Positions 58,541 to 64,000 of a DNA stretch of 64,000 bases are shown piece by piece. The notes under the pieces were generated by a model. That model did no database searches, was not told the DNA's origin, and was given only the letters and a program-made list of their open reading frames with translations. This DNA is from a virus: positions 31,664 to 95,663 of the IMG/VR virus record IMGVR_UViG_3300028197_001738; one strand, given 5' to 3'. The position numbers and the translations under genes were made by a program. Within the stretch, counting starts at the first letter, position 1. The number at the start of each line of letters is the position of its first letter.

Positions 58541-59830
58541 TTAAGGAGGGCAGCTTTGAGATCCAGATTCAGGATTCCAAGAGGTTATAGTTCCAAGGCC
58601 CAGGCAATCGTTATCTAGGTATGTTTGTGCATCATTAGAGTCGGAAAAAGACTGACAGCTAAAGGGTTGCTGGTATTCGCAATCTGAACCACACAACCCA
58701 TTACATAAGGGTTCGGATGTGCATTCTGATGCTGTGTAACTACAACAAGCAGGTTCTCCATTGCCATAACAACAGACACAATGTTCCTGGGGAGGAGGTG
58801 GAGGAGGTGGAGGCGGTGGAGGAGGAGGCGGTGGAGGAGGTGGAGGCGCCCCAAGTAGCTGGGGAGGATCATCTAATTGAGCTTTTGCAACAGTGGCTCT
58901 CGAAGGGAAAATCTCCATAGACCATCTTACTATTCCATTATACATCTTAGAACCAAGAGTATTGAGCTCAGAAATAGTACTATCTTTAACATCACAGTAA
59001 GATTTTCTATAATCCTGAGATAATTTAGGATAATTAAATCCCGTGGGATTAATATTACCATAAGCATTAAGTGGATATACTTTATCTTTAACTACTTCAT
59101 CAATATTATATAGTAATAATACTTGATCTTTTTGGTTTACAAGTATGTCTGCAATAGTATTTCTGTGAGTTGGATTTTCAGCAAAAATATGCAAGAAAAT
59201 ATCTTGTATAATAATATTTTCAGTAGTACCCAATTCATATGGAACCATAACTGTTCTAGGAATAGTTTCTATAACAACAGCTGGTAATTGAACCCTATGA
59301 TTAGCGGTAATGCTATAATCTCCACTAGGTTTATAATTACTTGGATTATATGTTTCTCCTTGAACCTCTTTCCACCAAACAGACTCATTGGCTTTATATG
59401 TCTGTACATACCTGTGTGAATATTCTAATTTAACATCACTATTACTACTAACATTATTATCAAACACAACTCTTCCTAGTGGATAATTAATGTTGTATCC
59501 ATAACTACCACTGCCTGTCGGAGCCGGTAAAAATGTATCATTTAGATAAATACCAGAAATAGATATTGGCGCGTGAGACTCATAAGATACTCCGCTTTCA
59601 TAAACCCAATCTTTTCTAATGCCTTCCCACAATACAGCTTTCTGTGAAGGATCGCCCACTGGTTTTAGCGTATGAAAATTACCCCCAGAAACACCACTTG
59701 TAGATATATTGACATTAACAAATCCCCCGACTCCTAAAAAAGACCAGTCAAGGAAACTTTTAATATTATCTTCTAATAAAGATATACTATTTTTTTGATT
59801 AATTCCATCTACATTATGAAATCCTGTCAT
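58541..59830 (-). CDS. Tail terminator/completion protein with poly-Pro linker and Cys-rich C-terminal extension
   Basis: RVQLPAVVIE...PYELG...DIFLHIFAE...RNTIADIL...VRWSMEI core; then P19 and a Cys-rich domain. Confidence 0.7.
   Translation of the reverse strand: MTGFHNVDGINQKNSISLLEDNIKSFLDWSFLGVGGFVNVNISTSGVSGGNFHTLKPVGDPSQKAVLWEGIRKDWVYESGVSYESHAPISISGIYLNDTFLPAPTGSGSYGYNINYPLGRVVFDNNVSSNSDVKLEYSHRYVQTYKANESVWWKEVQGETYNPSNYKPSGDYSITANHRVQLPAVVIETIPRTVMVPYELGTTENIIIQDIFLHIFAENPTHRNTIADILVNQKDQVLLLYNIDEVVKDKVYPLNAYGNINPTGFNYPKLSQDYRKSYCDVKDSTISELNTLGSKMYNGIVRWSMEIFPSRATVAKAQLDDPPQLLGAPPPPPPPPPPPPPPPPPPPQEHCVCCYGNGEPACCSYTASECTSEPLCNGLCGSDCEYQQPFSCQSFSDSNDAQTYLDNDCLGLGTITSWNPESGSQSCPP
58790..58846 (-). 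repeat. 19 consecutive Pro codons
   Basis: 57 nt of mixed CCN codons. Confidence 0.95.
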
Positions 59831-60483
59831 AACTTCGCCTCTATGTTAGATATAATGGTTTTATAGATTTCCTTTTCTGTCCTACTAATCGCTCTAGTTG
59901 TCCAATTGTTCGTAATAGAGCCAGCATACGTAGGAGGAACTCTCCAATTACTGGCTGATGGAACCATTATGGCCATGCCTGATCTAGAATACGGACTATC
60001 GGTATAACTGACATTATATCTTTTTACAATCGGATTATTTTTTTCATACAACAACCATTCTAGCCAAGGTAAAGAATAGCCTTTAGCATCATTAACACTG
60101 GCTAAATCAGTATATACTAAACCATTCATATCGTCAGACTTCATCATAGTCAGTGAAAAGCCTCCAGCAATTCCATTTCTAGATATTGTTATTGGATAAG
60201 CTTCTATATTTAAGGTGTCTACTAATGCATCGACTACACTATCGACAACAGAAGAATTAGGTATGCCAAGTTCAGCTTTAAGAGTACCGCTTAGTAATGA
60301 TCCATATTCTGGTTCTGCTACTAAAGCATTCTTTATAATAAGTTTAACAGATGTGTTTATTTGAGGCATCGCTTTACTGACAACTCTTGCTACGGTTTCT
60401 TTTATGCTTTTTAAAATTGAGTCTTTTATCTGTTTATCAGACTCTATAATATTTACATTTAATTTCATGGCTTTCTTTTCCAC
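59827..60483 (-). CDS. Putative neck/tail-completion protein (HK97 gp10-like position)
   Basis: LPWLEWLL...SRSGMAIM...WRVPP...NNW.TRAI; position between head closure and terminator. Confidence 0.5.
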   Translation of the reverse strand: MEKKAMKLNVNIIESDKQIKDSILKSIKETVARVVSKAMPQINTSVKLIIKNALVAEPEYGSLLSGTLKAELGIPNSSVVDSVVDALVDTLNIEAYPITISRNGIAGGFSLTMMKSDDMNGLVYTDLASVNDAKGYSLPWLEWLLYEKNNPIVKRYNVSYTDSPYSRSGMAIMVPSASNWRVPPTYAGSITNNWTTRAISRTEKEIYKTIISNIEAKL

Positions 60484-61010
60484 ATAGTAATAATATATCT
60501 ATGACTTCCGAATCCTGCTGGTGTGGGATCAGAAGCTCTTTCGTAAGTATAGCTACCATAATTATCTACATCTGTTAGTAGGGTTAGTCCTATACAATTC
60601 CTTAATTGAGGAGCTAGTTTAACATGGCAAATTGTCTGTATTTCTCCGTCCGTCATATTTACAATCTGATTATTAATTGGAAAGAAATCTTTAGGCGTTA
60701 GAACAACCGCCAAGTATACTGTGGTGGTTTCTACAGCAGTATCAATATCGGCCACTCCATTACCCATGCAAACAGGGCATACTCCTCCTTCAGGAAAAGG
60801 ATTGGGACCGGTGCCGTTATATATGTTCGCAGATAATTTACTTATAGGATCATAAACACAGTTATTACAAAAATTTTGATTCTGTTGTCCAGCGTAGGAT
60901 AGTCCACAAGGCATAGCTAAACCACCCTCGTTGACAACAGCATCTATAGCATTATTGTATAGGCTTTTTAAGCTATTAGAAAGAATATTTGTGAAAGGAT
61001 TAGTGCTCAT
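60465..61010 (-). CDS. Putative head-closure protein with Zn-binding insert
   Basis: CNNC...CPVC.GNG; Y.R...P.P.GFG..RYIITMWKR; gene order. Confidence 0.55.
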   Translation of the reverse strand: MSTNPFTNILSNSLKSLYNNAIDAVVNEGGLAMPCGLSYAGQQNQNFCNNCVYDPISKLSANIYNGTGPNPFPEGGVCPVCMGNGVADIDTAVETTTVYLAVVLTPKDFFPINNQIVNMTDGEIQTICHVKLAPQLRNCIGLTLLTDVDNYGSYTYERASDPTPAGFGSHRYIITMWKRKP

Positions 61011-61222
61011 GATCTCACACCTAATACAATTTTGGGTGATTCGTTAATAATAACTTCAAATTCATCTTCCAAATTACTTCCATTATTACCTGTTTGTAAA
61101 ATAAAATTATCAGATATTCGAACTACTTTAGATTCTGGATCATCATCTGATGGATTTAAACTAAAAAATCTATATCGAATAGACACATTGCTTTGCTTAT
61201 TATTAATTTCTTGAATAATCAT
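61007..61222 (-). CDS. Small hypothetical protein
   Basis: 71 aa, fills the gap in the operon with an ATGA overlap. Confidence 0.6.
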   Translation of the reverse strand: MIIQEINNKQSNVSIRYRFFSLNPSDDDPESKVVRISDNFILQTGNNGSNLEDEFEVIINESPKIVLGVRS

Positions 61223-61225
61223 ATC

Positions 61226-62275
61226 TTATTCTTCCGCTTCATAAGTAATGATTAATTTCCAAGAATCTATAGACCCTGTTGACACCGGGTCAGTATCTCT
61301 TACATAAAAATACCAATTACCTGTTACTGCATACCCGAACAAATGATTAAAAGAATATAACAAATTTTCGGAGTTATAGTTCACAACATCTGTTTTATTA
61401 TAAATATTAATATTATTACCATTACTAGCATTATGTAAATATTTTGATGCCTCAGCTTTATTGCTAAACATAAAAGAACAACCGTCAGTATAATTGTTAA
61501 TTTTGTGATTAGCAGATAGCAGTATCTTATCTCCGGAAGGAGGAGCTAGTAACATCTGTAAATCTGTAACACTCTCATGTCTTAATCCATTAATTGCAAA
61601 TTCTACATTCTCTATTGGTCTGGTATCATCTACATATACATAACCGCTAGCTGTAGAAAGATCTTCTATTACTAAACTGCCTCCTGTATTAACCATAGAG
61701 TAAACATCTAAATAACAATCAAAAGGCAATTGACATAGATCTTGTACGTCAGCCGTGGGTGTTGGAGTAGCTCCACCCCCTCCACTATCACCTCCATCAT
61801 CCCCACTGTCTGGCTGTTGGGTAACAACTGGAACATATATTTCGTTACAGATATCGAGATTAGTAGGACAGTTTACTAAATTATCAAAATTTCTTTGATT
61901 AAATGTTATTAATCCCCCTGACAATCTTTTGGATCTTAAAGTATTTGCTGCTGTATTTGTAATAATATCCAAATCATAATTAGCGCTAGATTTTCCAGAA
62001 AATGTTTTGGTGAGCTCTGCTGCTATTCTAATTTTTATAACCCCATTATTATCAGCAGAAATAGACCAATTCTCTGTTTCATAATTACTGTTAGCTGCGG
62101 TAGACAATATATATTTTGCACATTCTCCATCGCTTAAATCCCCAGTAAAACCGAATTGAAAAACAACACACTGATCAGTAAGATCTACAGGATTACCTGA
62201 CTCGTCACTATAAACGAAATCTAAAGAAAAGTCAGACCCTATTTCTAAAACAAAATTATATGTAACTGCTGGCAT
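61226..62275 (-). CDS. Virion protein: BppU-like Ig N-domain plus proprotein-convertase P-domain
   Basis: IGSDF...YSDESGNPVDLT...YDLDI...RLSGG; IENVEFAINGLRH...DLQMLL.PPSG..ILLS...GNWYFYVRD...GSIDSWKLII. Confidence 0.75.
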   Translation of the reverse strand: MPAVTYNFVLEIGSDFSLDFVYSDESGNPVDLTDQCVVFQFGFTGDLSDGECAKYILSTAANSNYETENWSISADNNGVIKIRIAAELTKTFSGKSSANYDLDIITNTAANTLRSKRLSGGLITFNQRNFDNLVNCPTNLDICNEIYVPVVTQQPDSGDDGGDSGGGGATPTPTADVQDLCQLPFDCYLDVYSMVNTGGSLVIEDLSTASGYVYVDDTRPIENVEFAINGLRHESVTDLQMLLAPPSGDKILLSANHKINNYTDGCSFMFSNKAEASKYLHNASNGNNINIYNKTDVVNYNSENLLYSFNHLFGYAVTGNWYFYVRDTDPVSTGSIDSWKLIITYEAEE

Positions 62276-62284
62276 GTTATTTCC

Positions 62285-62800
62285 TTATGAATAGAGATCT
62301 CTACGAAAGCCACCGGGTTGATTAAGATTAGTTGGGTCAAATTTGTTACCAACAAAAGGACTAAGGACAGCCCTGATATAAGATGCTTCTCTTATATTCC
62401 AGCTATTAGCTAAATGAGCATAACTAGCGCAGGGACCTTTATCAAGGATTATTTTAATTCCAGATAATCCACCATTAACACTTATACTAGCAGGGCCTAA
62501 TGCTGCTCTGACGCCCTCTGTAGCTGATTTAGTTCTTAATGTGCTCTGGTCAATAATACAAGCTGCTTTTAAACTAACAAGACTAATAAAAATATCATCA
62601 TTATCGACAGTAGGGTCTGGAGTAATATCTGGATTACTAACATCTATAATGTATTCATTATCTAACGAAACATCAAATTTAACATATTTTGCTGCTACCA
62701 CAATAGCTTGTTGTATTCTTTCGTCGCTGTATTCAGGATTGTCTGAAAGATCATTAACAAGAGTTCTTACCATAATTGGTATTTCTAAATTCCAACTCAT
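62285..62800 (-). CDS. Putative head-tail adaptor
   Basis: MVRTLVND...YSDERIQQAIVVAA helical adaptor-like N-terminus; first gene of the neck block. Confidence 0.55.
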   Translation of the reverse strand: MSWNLEIPIMVRTLVNDLSDNPEYSDERIQQAIVVAAKYVKFDVSLDNEYIIDVSNPDITPDPTVDNDDIFISLVSLKAACIIDQSTLRTKSATEGVRAALGPASISVNGGLSGIKIILDKGPCASYAHLANSWNIREASYIRAVLSPFVGNKFDPTNLNQPGGFRRDLYS

Positions 62801-62838
62801 AATTTTGACCTATTTATTTGGTTAAAGATAGTATTTAG

Positions 62839-62851
62839 TTATTTATACACC
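62839..62851 (-). promoter_or_regulatory. Candidate late promoter motif GGTGTATAAATAA overlapping the upstream stop codon
   Basis: About 39 nt upstream of ATG 62800. Confidence 0.5.
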
Positions 62852-63802
62852 AGCACCTGTATGTAAAGAATTAACATAGATATTATCACGGATCTTAGAG
62901 TATTCTATAGTTGTGCCATTTTGCTTCCAATGAATACGTAATGTTTTGTCTGAACGTTCTATAACAGATCCATAAAGAGAGGACTGAAGAACACAATATA
63001 TATCGTTATTATACATAATATTAAAATCTAAATACGGATATGTTTGTTTTACAACAGGATCTGAAATTTTAATACAAATATATTCTTGATTTAAATAGCC
63101 TACCTCTTGAGAAGCTCCTATATATCCAAGAACTCGTTCCATAGCATGAGAATATGTACCAGTTGGTGTCTCCTCAATCTTCCCTTTTTCTTGACTCAAT
63201 AATTGAGTAAGTTTGTCAACTGTTTCAGAATTCAAATATTGTTTATATAGAGATGTGTTTCCAGCAAACATAGTTCCTGCAAAAAAAACACTAGTAAATT
63301 CATTAAGATTTAATAATTCAGTTAAGTAATTAATTTGATTATTGTGTAAATTAGATGGCAAATCATTTTGATTATACAGTAAAGAATTGCAACCATACAT
63401 GCCCTTTTTTGTTTTATTTATATAGTTTATATTATCTAATAAAGCTTTTTTGCTACCTATAAGATTATCTAATAACATAACTCTCCAGTCTCCAACATCA
63501 TTTTCTCCCCAAAAGCTTTTTTTACTATGAATTTTAAAAAAATATTCGTAATTATCAGCAGAAATACTTTGTAGCTGATTGATAAAAGGTAGAATGTCAG
63601 CACCACAATTAGGCATAAATGTTATTTGTTTTATATTGTTCATTCTATTAAATAAATTTATAGTATCTGAATTTTCATTATCTTCGCACAAAGCAAGATG
63701 AATATCCACATATTGTTGTACAGGATATAAAAGATCAAAGAATTCTTTGTCTAAGTCATTGTGATACAGCCATAGAAGAACTGCAATTTTTTTATTTAAC
63801 AT
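62843..63802 (-). CDS. Rhamnan synthesis F (RgpF)-family glycosyltransferase-like protein
   Basis: KIAVLLWLYH.D, N.GADILPF, KIHSKKS, WR..LL..L, FFAGTMF, HAMERV. Confidence 0.85.
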   Translation of the reverse strand: MLNKKIAVLLWLYHNDLDKEFFDLLYPVQQYVDIHLALCEDNENSDTINLFNRMNNIKQITFMPNCGADILPFINQLQSISADNYEYFFKIHSKKSFWGENDVGDWRVMLLDNLIGSKKALLDNINYINKTKKGMYGCNSLLYNQNDLPSNLHNNQINYLTELLNLNEFTSVFFAGTMFAGNTSLYKQYLNSETVDKLTQLLSQEKGKIEETPTGTYSHAMERVLGYIGASQEVGYLNQEYICIKISDPVVKQTYPYLDFNIMYNNDIYCVLQSSLYGSVIERSDKTLRIHWKQNGTTIEYSKIRDNIYVNSLHTGAGV

Positions 63803-63818
63803 ATGATTTATATAATAA

Positions 63819-63998
63819 TTAAGGAATTATATTATTAATACTACCTAAAACATTAGTCTCTGTATAACCGGAAACATTTCCTCCAACTTCTAACAATTCT
63901 AATTTTACAACCCAGTTGACAGTTTTGCTAGCTGCTCCTTTGACTTGTATATTTAATTTATCTGTTCCTCCAGCTCCAGCTCCAGTAACAGTTGCCTG
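63819..63998 (-). CDS. 3' end of a probable virion protein (begins beyond the window)
   Basis: Open frame QATVTGAGAGGTDKLNIQVKGAASKTVNWVVKLELLEVGG...NNIIP*. Confidence 0.65.
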   Translation of the reverse strand, partial: QATVTGAGAGGTDKLNIQVKGAASKTVNWVVKLELLEVGGNVSGYTETNVLGSINNIIP

Positions 63999-64000
63999 TA

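Noticed and set aside
57270-62800. Contractile tail or cellular contractile injection system
   Set aside because: No sheath or wedge genes recognised; head-tail joining genes and a TP901-like TMP indicate a siphovirus-like phage.
1-64000. Stop-codon reassignment
   Set aside because: Multi-kb ORFs are intact in code 11, and TAG stops at 24672 and 33834 are followed by out-of-frame genes.

Overview
This AT-rich, densely coding window looks like part of a large tailed dsDNA phage genome (Caudoviricetes) using the standard genetic code. I found no rRNA, tRNA, CRISPR array, integrase or reverse transcriptase. Two transcription blocks converge at about 8230. (1) Plus strand, 1-8230: a translationally coupled cluster with one intact GT4 glycosyltransferase, several degenerate GT-, methyltransferase- and nucleotidyltransferase-like proteins, a NUMOD3/Vsr-like endonuclease, a Rad52/Sak-like annealing protein and a Zn-ribbon protein. 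(2) Minus strand, 64000-8233: a siphovirus-like morphogenesis operon with no sheath gene. In order it holds an RgpF-like protein, head-tail joining proteins, tail terminator, tail tube, chaperones, a 4753-aa tape measure protein (TMP), Cys-rich fibre/decoration proteins and two >2000-aa tail-tip proteins. The best candidate for an undescribed system is the TMP, which is built like a polyprotein. Five DTVPAMLTPGEFV modules and many aromatic-x-x-G-G motifs bracket cassettes resembling two PD-(D/E)xK nucleases, a HAD phosphatase, an HExxH metalloprotease and a GNAT, suggesting effectors injected with the DNA. Other points of note are a circularly permuted FGE/CLec domain inserted in a fibre, a Gly-rich domain nested inside a copy of itself, a roughly 10-copy 'NWP...CxxC' domain family, a mucin-like stalk and a candidate late-promoter motif (RGTGTA). 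All functional calls come from motif reading by eye; no database searches were run.
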